Source of the DNA: the human T2T-CHM13v2.0 reference genome, Homo sapiens
Assembly: GCF_009914755.1 (NCBI RefSeq)
Contig: NC_060930.1
Reading direction: 5' to 3' (one strand)
Length of the DNA: 64,000 nt
A program made the translations under genes and the position numbers. The notes beneath the pieces were generated by a model. It was not told the origin of the DNA. It ran no database searches and was given only the letters and a program-made list of their open reading frames with translations. Shown in pieces: positions 44,421 through 58,210 of this stretch (the first letter of the stretch is position 1; every line of letters begins with the position of its first letter).

Positions 44421-46230
44421 TGAGAAGAGCAGGGGTACCATGAAAGATCAGCAATCAACTATCTGCAAACATGTCACTGGTTGTTGCTGCTGCATTTCTA
44501 GACTGTGATTGATAATACTGCCGAGGCACAAGTTGATTCCTTGTTCCCAATTTGATTCCCATTTCAGTTGCTCAGGACCTTTTCCTGCTAAGTCACATAA
44601 GGCATCCTCTTACTTGGATCATGACATTCTTACAAAGAACACAGAGCAGGTGTCTTTGCTCTTCTCTGACATTTCTCTACAATGCCTTTAGAACTCAAAC
44701 TCCAGCAGGAGCATTCATCCCTCCTCCAAGCACTCAAAACTCTTTGGGAGACAATTTTTCACTCTAGCCAAGTCCCAGCTGGGTGGCCAAAAAACAATAC
44801 ATTTGATCCACAGAAAGCAGTGGATTTGGAATGTCTCCCATTACTGGGAGTCAAACACAAAATCAAATTGACTAAATCCTTCTGGAATTCCACAACGCAG
44901 CACTTTCTCTAACTCCCAGCTCCACCACATTTGCTACTTTTTATGGCTGCAAAATGCAAACTTTTTAACACCTCTTCCCAATTTGTCACTCCATCCTTCA
45001 ACTCAGCTTCAAGGAGTGCCACAGAGTTTGAAAAGGAGGAAGAAATGAGCTGCATAATATTGAAACAAAATTGTAGAACAATTAGTGAACTTTTTGCTTG
45101 TGATGTAAACTTAAATAACCTATTATAGATGAATATAGTTATATCATATGCCTTTAATTAAGCTTTCTGGTCACATTAGATTTTGATTATTTCTATAGGT
45201 TTGCCACATTATAGAATTATGACATTTTAATTAGAATCTAACTGTACATCATTCTGAGTCGAATGGACATTCATTTTAGAAAACATCTTTAGGCTTTAAC
45301 ATTATATTTTCTCTTCTTTCACAGTTTGGAATTAAATTCTCCCTCCACCCTCACATCAATCCATAGCTCAATTAAAAAAATTATGCCCAGTTTTTAATAC
45401 TCTAAAATAGCAACTGCTGCAGCCGAAGGAAGATTCTTTAAATAGAAAGTGCTTTGTCCTGACCAGAGCAGACAAAATTGCAGCTGGCTCTCACCAGGGC
45501 TGTGGCTTTGGCAAAAAGTCCTTCACTACTCACCATTGCTCCTTATCCACATTCCTCATCTTTATCTTCGTCTCTCCTTCCCTAGGTCAAGGCTGGGCCT
45601 ACAATGTCAATACACACCAGCCGTGAATGGGTGTGGATAAATGAATGAAGGCCAGCATTTCTAGTACACCAGTAGAAGGTACATTTCTGCCCACCAGGAG
45701 AAGGATGCAAGGCACATGTAATCTTAGTGATGGATTTGCCAAATTAATCGATTCCACTGTCACATTGGTTATTTGAATTTAATTTAAATCTGGATCTTTG
45801 ATTGCACTTAAAATATCTTTGAAATATTACAATGAGTTATAACATTGAAATTAAAATTGATTATGCATGCCAAAGCACAGAAGTAGGGTTGTGGAACATA
45901 GATTCATGAAAAGGGCAGCAAATGTTAGTCACTGAGGGCACAAGTGAACTTCCCTCTGTTCTTAGAAAGGCCATAAGAAGCGGAAAACACAAAATAAATA
46001 TTGATAAGTTGGGCCTCACCAAGATTTAGAAATTTTTCTCTTGAAAATACATGAATAAAAAATAAAAAGTCTAGTTACGGGATTAAAGAATACATTTGCG
46101 ATATAGGTTTCAACAAAGGACTTTTATCTGGAATAATCAGACAAACTTTCCAAAAGATTTGAAGAGAGAAAAGAAGATGTATAAAAGGTTAATAGGGATA
46201 AGGGAAATACAAATCAAAACCACAAAAATA

Positions 46231-46588
<358 letters not shown>

Positions 46589-46861
46589 CTACTAACTGCA
46601 TATTAGAATGGATAAAATTTAAAACGCTGGCAATACTATATTTCAGCGAATAGATGGGGCAACTGGAACTTCCATATCTTGCCAGTGGGAATGGAATACA
46701 GTACAAAGGCTTTGGGAAACTGTTTGGTAGTTTCTTAAAAAGTTAAATGTATGCCCCAGTCATTCCACTTCTAGATATTTATCCATAAGAAATGAGAACA
46801 TACGCCCACACAAATGTCTGCATGAATATTAGAACAGCTTTATTCAAATAGCCAAAAACTT

Positions 46862-47321
46862 AGCTTATTTGTTTCCTAAGGCTGCTGTAACAAATTTCTA
46901 CCAATTGCGTGGCTTAAAACAACAGGATTTTTTCTCTCTCTCTCTAACAGTTTAGGAAGCCAGAAGCCTGGAAGCAAGGTTTTGGTAGGTCAGTTCCTTC
47001 TGGAAGCTCTAGGGGGGAATCTGTTCCATGCCTCTCTCTGAGCTTCTGGTAGGTGGTGGGCAATCCTTGGCATTCCTTGGCTTGAAGTAACATCATTACA
47101 ATTTCCGCCTCCATCATCAGATGTCCTTGCCTGTGTGTCTCTGTGTATCTGTCCTCTTCTTATCAGGATACCAGTGATTGGATTCAGGGTCCACTCTAAT
47201 CCAGTAGGACCTCATGTTAACCTAATTAATTACATCTGCAAAGACCCTATTTCCAAATAAGGTTAGGTACCAGGGGTTAAGATGTGAACGCCTTTTTGAA
47301 AACACAATTCAACTGGCTACA
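46862..47321 (-). mobile_element. MLT1C-like MaLR LTR
   Basis: ggctgctgtaacaaat..ccaattgcgtggcttaaaacaacag...gggcaatccttggcattccttggcttg...acatctgcaaagaccctatttccaaataaggt. Confidence 0.85.
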
Positions 47322-47728
47322 CTGGAAGAAAAATGTCCAGCAAAAAGCAAATGAATAACAATATACAGTATATCCATACAATGGGATTACTACTTAGCAA
47401 TAACAAAGAACAAACTACTGACACAAACAACAAACAACATGAAATTATACCAGGTGGAAAAAGCTGGAACCAAAAATGTACATACCTATGATTCTATTTA
47501 TATGAAATTCTATAAGATGCAAACTAATATACAGTGGTAGAAATCAGAGTAGTGGTTGCCTGAGGCTGGTGGCTGAGGGAGAGGTGGATTGCAAAAAATC
47601 ATGAGGGATCTTTTGGAGGTGATGAAAATGTTCTGCATCTCAATTGTGCTGATGGTTTCATGGGTGTATACGCTGCCAAACTCATCCAACTGTAAATTTT
47701 AAATGTTCACTTTAATTTGTATATTTCT

Positions 47729-47875
47729 TGGTTGGGTGCAGTGGCTTATGCCTGCAATCCCAGCACTTTGGGAGGTTGAGGTAGGAGGATGGCTTGAGTC
47801 CAGGAGCTCAAGACAAGCCTGGACACCATAATGAGACCTTGTCTCTATTAATAATAATAATAATAATAACCATAA
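47729..47875 (+). mobile_element. FLAM (Alu left monomer) with (TAA)n tail
   Basis: Single arm ggttgggtgcagtggcttatgcctg...gagaccttgtctcta followed by taataataa. Confidence 0.85.
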
Positions 47876-48359
47876 CAATTTGAACACTTCATTAGATGTA
47901 AATTATACCCCAATTTTTAAAAGCAAATTTGGGCTGCCTTTTAAATAAAGGAGTTTAAGTTCTAGCTATGAATAATTTAATTAAGGGGGAAATAGTAACT
48001 ATAGATTTAACTAATCCAAAAATGTAGACAGGAACATCAGTATTCTTTGATATGCTTCACATTAATAACATCAACCCTAAATATGCTAAACAGTTCAGGA
48101 TAACTAGTGTATATTATGAACAACAGCATGTCATCAGAAGGCTATATGTGACTTCTATCACCAAAATAATTTACAAATCCCTTTAGACACTGAAAATACA
48201 AAAGGTCTAAGTTCAAACTTTGTGATTTTTGGAGACTGAATACATGTGTTTCAGGTATAAATTGTATAGCCACAAAAATTCAGTGTGTCAAAATGCCATT
48301 TTCTTTATTTTTTCTTAACTGGAATTATCTTAGCTCTTGAGCTCTCTTTTCCACTGATG

Positions 48360-48545
48360 ATAGAAAATTGCTAAGAGTAAATTTCAAATATCTCACCACA
48401 AATGTTAAACACTATATTTGAGACAATGAATATGTTAACTAGTTTGATTTAATTATTCTACATTGTCTTCATAAATTACAACATCTCTTTGTACACCATA
48501 GATTTATACCATTATAAATTGTCAGTTTACAATATTAAAAAAAAG
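48360..48545 (+). mobile_element. L1MA-type extreme 3' end
   Basis: aattgctaagagtaaatttcaaatatctcaccacaaa...tatgttaactagtttgatttaa...tgtacaccatag...ttgtcagtttacaatattaaaa. Confidence 0.8.
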
Positions 48546-48659
48546 AACTGAAACTGGCCAATGCAAAGTAATGCAGCCTCTTCCAATGTAAAACTCCTCT
48601 GTGTGTAACATCCTGGCACTCAGATGGGGTTACTCCTCTTCTTTATTCCTCCATCTGTA

Positions 48660-48945
<286 letters not shown>

Positions 48946-50185
48946 AGCTGTATTGTCCTCTCCTGAGGGACAGCGTGCCTCAGCTCATCTGGTCCCTGTT
49001 GTCATGCACGGGTTACCACTGCTGAGGTTGCAGGTCTCACTGTGGCCTCTACTCATGAGTATTCCCTGCTCTGGGTCTTTCCCATTCATGCAGATTTCTA
49101 TCACAGCACCCCTGCCCACAACCCTCTCTTTCTGATGCTCCCCCACACCTCCCGGGGATGCAGAGGACACTGAGGCTCCTCTCAGGCTCATCCACATAGA
49201 ACCTGGCTTTATTCCCTGATATCCACTGCTCAGGGGCTGTGTTGGATGAAAAGCTTCTCCCTGAAATTGACCATCTTCCAGGCTACACCTTGGGAAGGCT
49301 GCCAATAGTCCCATCTGTAAAAGGATGTCCCTAAACCTATTTTGAGTATTTATTGTCCAGGCAACCCCCAGGGTTTCAGCTCAGAAAGGGGCCAGGATGC
49401 TGCGCATTTCTCAAAGACATGCTACAAATTGGTTACATCCTCTCCACGTTTCTTCCTTGCCAGTAGTTGGTCAAACTTTTAATCCTGTTTTGAGTCATAA
49501 CTAGCTTTTTGTCATGGTATATTCTCCTAACAATGTATTATTTAGAGATAAACTCTGTGACTTCTTTGTTCAGTATATGGCACTTGATCTTTCAAGCCAA
49601 ATTATTTAAAATTCTAATCCAGTCCTTACAGACAAGTAATTAGGAAATCCTACTGGCTCTGAGACCTTCACAAATATATCCAGAATCTAACAACACTCCA
49701 CCTGTTCTCCCACCTCTCTGACCCAAGCCACTCACCTCCCACCTGGACTACTGTGGCAGTTTCCTGTCTGGACCCTCTGCTTCTCCCTTTGTTCTCTTAT
49801 AGTCTGTGTCCCACATAGACGCTGGAGTGATCTGCCTATAATGTAAGTCAGGTTCTGCTCAAAACTAGCAATTGCTCTTTATTTCCCTCAGTAAAAGCCA
49901 AAAACTTTGCCATGGCCTCCAAGGCCCCACATGACCCAACTCTCCCCTACCCCACCCCAGTTAACTCTGACCTCAAGTCAGCTCCAGCCACACTGGGTGT
50001 CCTGGCGCTCCTTCAACATACCAGGCATGCACCTGCCTCATGGTCATTGTCCTAACTCTTCTCTCTTCCTTGAATTTCCTTGAATATTCTGCTCCCCAAA
50101 ACTTAGGTGGATAACTCCTTCTACCGCCTTCCCATTTTGCTCAAATCGCCGTCTCCACGCTGCCCACTCTGAACATCTGGGTAAC

Positions 50186-50257
50186 GTTAAACACTATATT
50201 TGAGACAATGAATATGTTAACTAGTTTGATTTAATTATTCTACATTGTCTTCATAAA
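50186..50257 (+). repeat. Exact 72-bp copy of 48404-48475
   Basis: gttaaacactatatttgagacaatgaatatgttaactagtttgatttaattattctacattgtcttcataaa occurs identically at both sites. Confidence 0.98.
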
Positions 50258-50319
50258 GACACCCCTCCAACAACACAATGCATCCCCTTTTTCTTTTTAT
50301 CATGATGCTTATCCCTTGC

Positions 50320-50728
50320 TCTCAGGTATGTTCCTTGAGCAGCAGATTCTGGGACAGAGAGGAGCAAGCAGGATATTCATCAGGGAGCACTCGTGACCAG
50401 CCCTGGTGAAAGTGAGGGCAGGAAAGCTGGGTGGGGCAGAGAAAGAAGGAGAAGCTGAACTGTAATGCTGCCCTAAAGAAGGCCTCAGCAGACACCACAG
50501 GATTTCTGGAGCTTGGACGTTCTGAGTTGAGATGAGAGGCTTGGATTTTCATATACCTGGATGTGGGCTGTGCCTGGAAGCAAACATTACCTTGGATGAA
50601 GTAGTTTTCTTTAGCCAAGGCAATTCCCAAAGAAGGAAGACAGCTGAAGGTCAACTTCAATTAGTAGCTGGAGTAGGAAGTCCATTCGTGAAGGGAATTT
50701 TGGGTGGAACATCGCAGCATCCACCACA
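50320..50728 (-). mobile_element. Ancient ERVL-class solo LTR (LTR40/41-like; name uncertain)
   Basis: gcagattctgggacagag...ggcagagaaagaaggagaagctgaactgtaatgc...aaggcctcagcagacaccacagg...ctggagct. Confidence 0.5.
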
Positions 50729-53700
50729 TCTCCTAACATTGTACTTGCTTATCACATTCACTGTCTTCCTTTCCCTAGTAGAATACAAGGTCCACAAAGG
50801 TTTGGCTCTTTTGTTTTAGATATTTACAGCACCTGGTTGTACACAGTAGGCACTTAAGAAATATTTTTAAATTAACTCCAAAGTAACTTTATTAAGGGCC
50901 CAACTCACTCTTCTACTTGAAAGTTCAAGCATATCGTCTCTGGTATAAATCTAGAAAAGTCTACTTAATTGCTCAAAGGATAAGAACTTGGCCCTTTGTT
51001 GCCTCCAGGTGTTGGAAGTTATGCTTTCTTCCCTGAAACCAACAAGGCTTAATCTTAGTCTATTTTTAATAGTGGAAGGACTGCATGATTTGAAAAAGAA
51101 ATGAAAAAGGCACTACCACAAAGTAAAATTAATATATCATAAAGTAATATATCAAAGTAATATGCTACTATGAAAGAGAAAAGAAAGACTAATGCAATTG
51201 TGTGGATTAATGTGTCACTATCCATTCTCAACACTTAAGATATTGTTTTTCTCTCCCTCCCCAAAGTTGTTATTAAATAAATAATGCAATGGATGGTTAT
51301 TTAAATAGAAGAAATATGGAACAACTCTACCTTTGGAGGTTTTCAAAGCATATGATATTTCAAAGTTTCTGAAAGGTCTTAAAGAAACCTGATTTACTCT
51401 ATTTAATCTATTTAACTCAGTTTACCAACTCTTCTATCCACAAAATCTCTTAGAATTTAGTGTGTCAAGGAACACATTGGAAAGTGATGTCTTGGATAAG
51501 TAGCCCTGAAGCCACACAACTGAAAAACTTAAAATATAAAATCAGCATATAAAAAAACACTTACATAATTTTTCCAGGGATATTCTCTTTTTCTCCTTAT
51601 CTCTCTTACTATCACATAGAATATATTTTTATAATAGTATTTCTCTCAAAGTTATATTCTGTATTTCTAACTAAATGGAGAAATATTAGGATCTCTGGAG
51701 TCTAATTATATGCTGTTGGTTTTTATATAACCCTTGGAGAAACAGTGATCACCATCAAATATGGGTTGGTATCTACTAATGAAGTTTACTAAGATCAGCC
51801 AACAAGTGCATTTTTATTATGAATTAGTATGGCAGATACTGTTGCCTACCCCATATTCTTTCCTGCCTCCTTCTCTGCCAACAGAGTCCTGATTCTGCTA
51901 TTGAGGTAATTTACCCAATTGAATCCTTACTTGGCTAATCTACAGCCAAGAATGGTTGCCACGTGACATAGACTGTATGTCTACAAAGGGTTTTAGGGAG
52001 ATATTTTGCCTTTCTAATTCTAATAAAGAAAAACATATCCTAATTTCCTTTAATTTATGCCTTAGTGGAAGTAACTCAACAGATGAAACTTGAGAAAAAT
52101 CTATATTCTGGGACACAGATTCCAGAATAGCTTACTCTGTACTATATACTATATAAACTAGTGCTCAGTGATGGAGAACCATGTGTGTTGTGTGGCCTCA
52201 CTGTTCCTGGTTTTGCACTATGTTGTATATTCCCCTTATTTCTTTCCTGAAATGTTAAATTTCTAGCTTTAAACTTTAGTTCAAATACCATCTCATATTA
52301 GAGATTTATTAAAATCAAGCCTAGAAAAAGCTCTAAATAGCATAAACAAAGAATACCCATTTCAACAACCCTTGCAAATAGTTTTATTTCTAAGTACAAT
52401 TATGTGTATACCATAAAAGAAAATTTTCAAAAATGACTTTGTCCTGAAGGAATTATTATTCTTCCATAGCAAAGGTTCACTCAAAGACTGAGGAAATCTA
52501 GGTCAGATCATCCAGACAGGGCACAGATATCCTCAAACAAATGCACATCAGAATCCAATCCAATATTTTGTTCCATGTAGTCTGGATTCAAATTCTGCCT
52601 CACTTTTCTGCACTCTCACATTGACTCTGTTCCCATCAGATTTCTTAAGAATGGATTTCCTTTTATTACAGGGCATTGATGATTTAAATCACCTTGCCAT
52701 CATTATAGCTTCCTAGTATTGAAGAACATGTCTGAAATAGCTGAGATTCATGACAGCATCATAGTCCAAACACTGATGGACTGAAACGACGTATGTGTCT
52801 TAAAATCTCTCTGAGAATCTGAGTAACTGGTAGGCAAAGACTCCTGGTTGATATTCAGTTGCTCAATCACAAGTAATTTCATGCATATACAATGCTAACT
52901 GGATTTGCTCATCCTTATTTTGTGCCTGTGGTCCACAGAGTCTTTTTCCAAATTACCACTGGAAGCTTTTTACAAAATTTTTTTTATATAATTGAGATCA
53001 TATTGCTTTAACAGTGTTGCCTATACTAGGTTGAAATCAATTTACTCTAATCTCCCAAGCCCCCAATAGGCCCTTGATCCAAACAAGCTGCTCAATTTCC
53101 ATTTAAAAAAATACAAACCAACCATGAGGCTGACTGTCAGAGTCACACTCTACACGTACACAAAGAACTAATAGATTTATATGAAGGCTTACTTGTTACA
53201 TGTCCCATTTTACTTTTATGAGTAAAAATCTAAGTTTTCTGAGATGCAGTGGCTCAAATTTCACAATCCTGTCTTTCCTCATTCGTTCCACTTACCAGGT
53301 GGGTAGGTTGTAGGTTGTGTCACCCACTAAAATAAACTATCCAAGTCCCTCCCCCAAAGCCTCTTCAATATTTTTGAGATAAATGTTGGAATTATAGAAA
53401 TTTCATTATATTTAACTGCATAATAACTTTTTTTGCAGCCGGCTTTTCCTAAGCTAGAGAAGAAGCTGTACTCTCCTCGGTGTGGGAATGACAGAAATGA
53501 CTTTACAGAGGATAGAAATGCTAACATTAAGTTATTGATCTTCACATTGCTAACATATTGTCATTTTCATATTATTAAGCAGATTAATCAAATTTGCCAG
53601 CTTCACATTAAAAATAATCAATTGTGTCTCAAATATTTATCTCCTTATTTAAAAATCTTGTTACACGCTGTGACGAAGAAAACTTGCTTTAGTATTAATC

Positions 53701-54330
53701 TTGTCATTAACAGACACTCAGAAATGCAAATCACAGGCTTTCCTGAAGCACTTAGAATATTTTGTATTTTATTTTATTTTAATGGCTTGACTGCACTTGA
53801 AATTTTAAGAAGGGGGTTCTGTTTATGTTCACCAAAGGAGAATGGGCACTGCTCTCATGACATTTAGAGAGCAACTGGCCCTTGACAACCTATGGATTAA
53901 CCAGTTAAGCTTGCAGTTGCTGCTCTGCCTCGTTTTGTTTTGTTTTGTTTTGTTTAAGACCCAGGAAGTACTGACATCATTGTGGAAGTATAGAATTCAG
54001 TTTCACCAATAAATCAAACTTGGCTCAAGCTGTTAGTAATACTGTCACATTTACAAAGTCAGGCTGAGACTAAGTGACTCAAGAGACTGATAACAAGATA
54101 TAAAGCTTTTCACCTCCAAGCCTCTGTCTTTAATCAGGCCAGGTCCATGTTGTTGGCCAAGACCTGGCAGAACCCTGAACCAGGGGTCATTCTCAGAATT
54201 GGCCTGATAAGACTCCACATGGGAAGAGCTATGAGGACAGTAAGGCCAGACGCTGGGTTTTCATAAACAAGTAAAGGGCCAAAGAGCTGAATGTGGTCAA
54301 TAGAGATGGTCAAAGAGCAGGTGGTAAAGG

Positions 54331-54369
54331 TTTTAAAGGAAAAATAAAATTTTTATTTTTCCTTTAAAA
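54331..54369. repeat. Perfect inverted repeat, 19-bp arms, 1-nt spacer
   Basis: TTTTAAAGGAAAAATAAAA-T-TTTTATTTTTCCTTTAAAA. Confidence 0.97.
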
Positions 54370-54496
54370 AGAAAGGAAATGCCTATGGCATGGCAGAAAG
54401 GATGGCCATCCCCACACTAGAGAGGGCTACTTTGTTCCTTCTTTGACACCAAGAGCCAGTGATAAAGGTCTGGAGAGAGGTGTGATTGTTGTTAGG

Positions 54497-54890
54497 TGTG
54501 ACTGCTAATTTTGTGTACCAACTTGTCTAGGCCAAGGTACCCAAATATTTGGTCAAACATTATTGTGGACGTTTCTATGAAGATATTATTTAGATGAGAA
54601 TAACATTTAAATCAATAGACTTTGAGTAAAGCACATTGCCCTCCAGAATGTGGGTGGGCCTCATCCAATCAGTCAAAAGCCTCAATAGAAAAAGACTAAA
54701 CTCTCTCCAGAAGAAGAGAGAATTCAGCCAGCAGCCTGCCTTAAGACTGCACCAGCAACACCACCTCTCTTCTGTGTCTCCAGCCTGCCTGCCTATTATG
54801 CAGATTTTGGACTTGCCAGCTTCCATGATTGCGTGAGCCAATTTCTTAAATCTCTCTCTCCAATCCCTCTGTTTTGCCCTATTGTACTCC
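54497..54890 (+). mobile_element. MLT2C/D ERVL LTR
   Basis: tgtgactgctaattttgtgtaccaacttgtctaggcc...tttggtcaaacatta...ttgccctccagaatgtgggtgggcctcatccaatcagt. Confidence 0.85.
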
Positions 54891-55329
54891 CTTTTTCCAC
54901 AACGTCCAAACCCATAAAACATTTATCCATACTTGTATGCCTTCCCTTTTTTTGAGTGCAAGAGATGTCTCTGCTCCTTTCCAGTGATGATCCTTGCTGT
55001 TAAGCTCACATCTACCTCCTATTGAGTCCTTCAGCAACTTGACTTAAAAGTATTTTCCTTTTTTGCTTGAATATCATGTCTCTGACTTCTCTACTGACTG
55101 TTATCTTTGAATATACACCCCTGCTCAAGGTGCTTTCATCCAAAAAAATTCTTACTTCAACCTCGCCTGAATCATAAGTGAACACCACAACTCTATCTTC
55201 CCTCCCTACCAGAATTTCCTCCCTAATTTCCTGTTTATATTCTATCCCCCACTCTACTGAAAACATTGTTAATCACCATAATGATAACTGAATTTTAACA
55301 TGCCTATTATGGACACTTTATAAAAAATA

Positions 55330-55450
55330 CTTTGTTTTTAACACAGCTTGTGAAGCAGATAGTATCATTAACCCTATCATTTGTAAAAGAAAATTAAGGC
55401 TTAAAGGCATTAAGTAGCTTCTTCAAGATGACACAGCTATCAATATTTAA
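55330..55450 (-). mobile_element. MIR fragment
   Basis: catttgtaaaagaaaattaaggcttaaaggcattaagtagcttcttcaagatgacacagcta. Confidence 0.55.
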
Positions 55451-58089
55451 ACCCGAGTTGATGTGATGTCTTTTAACATCTAGTTCTGCTTGCTTACTCA
55501 TTGGCATTTTCTGACATTCCCTGACGTTACAGTACCCATTCCCCTGTCTCTGTTCTCTTTTGCAAGCTTCTGTTTGCCCACTGGGGGAGCTTGCGCCCTA
55601 CTGTTTTTCTGTTGGCGATCCACAGTTTCCTTAACAGCAGATCCACTAGCAGAACAGCTTCAGTGACTCTGCCCTCAAGTTGAGTGTGCTGCCTGTGAGG
55701 CACAGGCATGTGGCCACTACAGAAGCATGGTCTGAGAAAGGGAAGGCTGTCTGCACCTGCTGTGTCCAGCCAGGCTCTGAGTCATGCGGTGAGTCCCTAG
55801 TGGAAAGTGAGGGAAGCAGAGGGGCAAACGTGGGCATGCCTTCCACACCCTTCAGGGAATGCAGAAAGAAACCAAGACCAAGAAAGAAGAGCAGCACAGC
55901 CGGAAGAAAATAAAGGCAACCCTGAATACAATCCTAAGAATTTAGTTTCATGAAGAGAGCATGACCCTCTAACCACACTTACTTAGAAGGAAGCTGGCTT
56001 ACCACCAGAAAAGGCTGTTGTGTACCAACAGTAGTTTCACCACCGTGCAAAGAATGCATTCCTTACACGCAGCTGCAGCATGCCAAGCTTCCAAGCTTTC
56101 CCTCGGGCTATCATCTAAAATAGACTCATTCCCATGAATGCTCTCAATTCTGAAAAATACCTGGTTTTCCTCTCCATAACATGTTTAACTTTTAACAGGT
56201 GCCTCCTGTGCCCAAAGGAGTAATTATAGTGAAGCCCTCAGGCATCTTTCCTGACCAGTGACAGGATATTCGGTGGGATACCAGGTCAAGCTGGATAGAC
56301 ATTTATCTTGTTCCCTTAGAGATAAGTCCTGGTTAAGGTTGTAACCCAAGCATTGCCTAATTCCACATTGGATCCATCATCCATGAACTTAGGTACACAT
56401 CTTTGATTCCATTTGCATTTTCACATTCCTCCTGGAATCCAAAGTCTAATCTTCCCATGCCCTGGGATAGGAAGTGGAGGCACCATCACTGCAGAGATTT
56501 GGCCTCTCCCATGGAAGCCATTATGCTCCTGATCCAGAGCTTTGTGGCACCCATTTCCCCCACTTATGTGAAGAGGCTGTCAAAAAGCTTCTCTTAGCAA
56601 AGCAGTGTTGGGTTACCAACAGCTGGTAACTGTTCTCTGCAGCCAGGCTGCAGGCTAGTGGGCAATTACGGGTTAAATGTGTGAGGTTGGCTGTGGGTGG
56701 CTGCTCTATAACCTGGGCCTCCTGGAGACATGATGCCTTAACTGGAGGATGGCTCTCATGGTAGGAATTACAGAACCTGGCAAGACGGCAGGGAGAGATA
56801 TTTCAGGGCAGTCAGGCTTTCCAGAACCCAAAATAACAACCAGTAAGAGGCGGCCTACATGGCCCCCACAGAAGGTCAAGCCACCCCTGCTCTGTCAGCA
56901 TGAACCCTTTGAATCATCTCAACACTTTCTGTTTAGCCAAGCTCTCCCCTCTCCCTGCCCACCATCCTTCTCAGGCTTCAGAGTTATCTTTGAAATGGAG
57001 AGGCAATCAGGAATCATTTATCTTTTTACTTAGACTTGATAGAGAATGTCAAATGGGTAAGGCACAAGCTACTGGGGAGACAGCACCCTCCTCTGATCAC
57101 AGGACTGGAGAAGCTCAATGCTGAGGCAGTCATAGAGAGCTGGCTAGAACTCACATTACCACGATTGCTCCCACAAATCCCAGTTATCCCAAGGATACCG
57201 AATCTGTTCCTTGAACCACTGCTCCTTTTCCCTCAAAATGAGTGATGTAAGTATGACAATCATCCACACACAGGATTCCTCTCCCACCACTCACTTTCCA
57301 TTCCTGCTAGAGGCTCCAAGACACAGCCAGTTAAGCTAAAGATTCCCTGGATTCCCCACAACATAGCAGCCGTGCTTCAGAGAGGTGCTGCAGCTTGTTA
57401 TGAGAGATGCCACGCGTGGTTCCCGGAGGGTGTATTTTCAATTAATCTGGATGCTTGGCACACTCCAACCATGAACAGAAGCCCAAGGTAGAAATAGATG
57501 CCATGACTGGTTTACTCAGAAAGTGTTGAAAATGTTTAATCAATTAATGGTGATAATAAAGAGTCGCCTTGGAAGATAAAATGGCAATTCACCAAGCTGT
57601 AACACATTCACGACCAGCCTAACAGCTTACAAGCATTTAGGGTGACTGATGGACAAACACGAGAACTATGCAAATTATGACAGTCCCCTTTTGTGTTTAC
57701 ATTTGTGCATATTTCTGGCTATTTTTGCAGATAGGCAGATTAGCAGCCCTGCTGATAATTTGATCTCTCTGACAGAAGTGAAAAATCATTCACTCTTCCC
57801 AGAAACATGTTCCCCATTCCCCCAGTGTATGAATGTAATAAGCTGTCTGGTTGTTACTGTGCAGACAGCAGCCACACACATGAGCAAGCACAAGGATTTC
57901 TAAGACAAATTCATTACAAAAACTGGCAAAAAAAAAAAAAAAAAAAAAAGGCAGTCAAAGCACAAGTAGTATATGGTGAAATAAAATTTAAAATATTTCA
58001 TTCAAATAATTTAACACCACAAAAATTTGTGACATGACCATAAAGAATGTCATAGTGTTTACTCATTCATTGTCCAACTTTATTTATCA

Positions 58090-58210
58090 ACACAGAAGCT
58101 CCTTAAGTGTCAGATCTTTGTCTGTTTTTATTCACTGCTATGTCCCTAGTACCTTTATAGCTGTCTGCTATGTAGAAATGATGAAAAAAAATTGTTGAAT
58201 TAAATGAAGG
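58090..58210 (+). mobile_element. L2 3' end
   Basis: aagctccttaagtgtcagatctttgtctgttttattcactgctatgtccctagtacct. Confidence 0.65.

Larger units (their letters stand above)
49640..50870 (+). mobile_element. L2 (L2a-like) interrupted by a 72-bp templated insert and an old LTR
   Basis: acccaagccactcacctcccacctggactact..., ctccagccacactgg...ccaggcatgcacctgcctca, tail cacagtaggcacttaagaaatatt. Confidence 0.75.

Noticed and set aside
53433-53867. 144-aa ORF in non-repeat DNA
   Set aside because: Non-ATG start, no recognisable domain, composition typical of random AT-rich DNA
56170-56290. Possible exon after ttttaacAG
   Set aside because: Acceptor-like signal only; no strong donor, coding signal or partner exons
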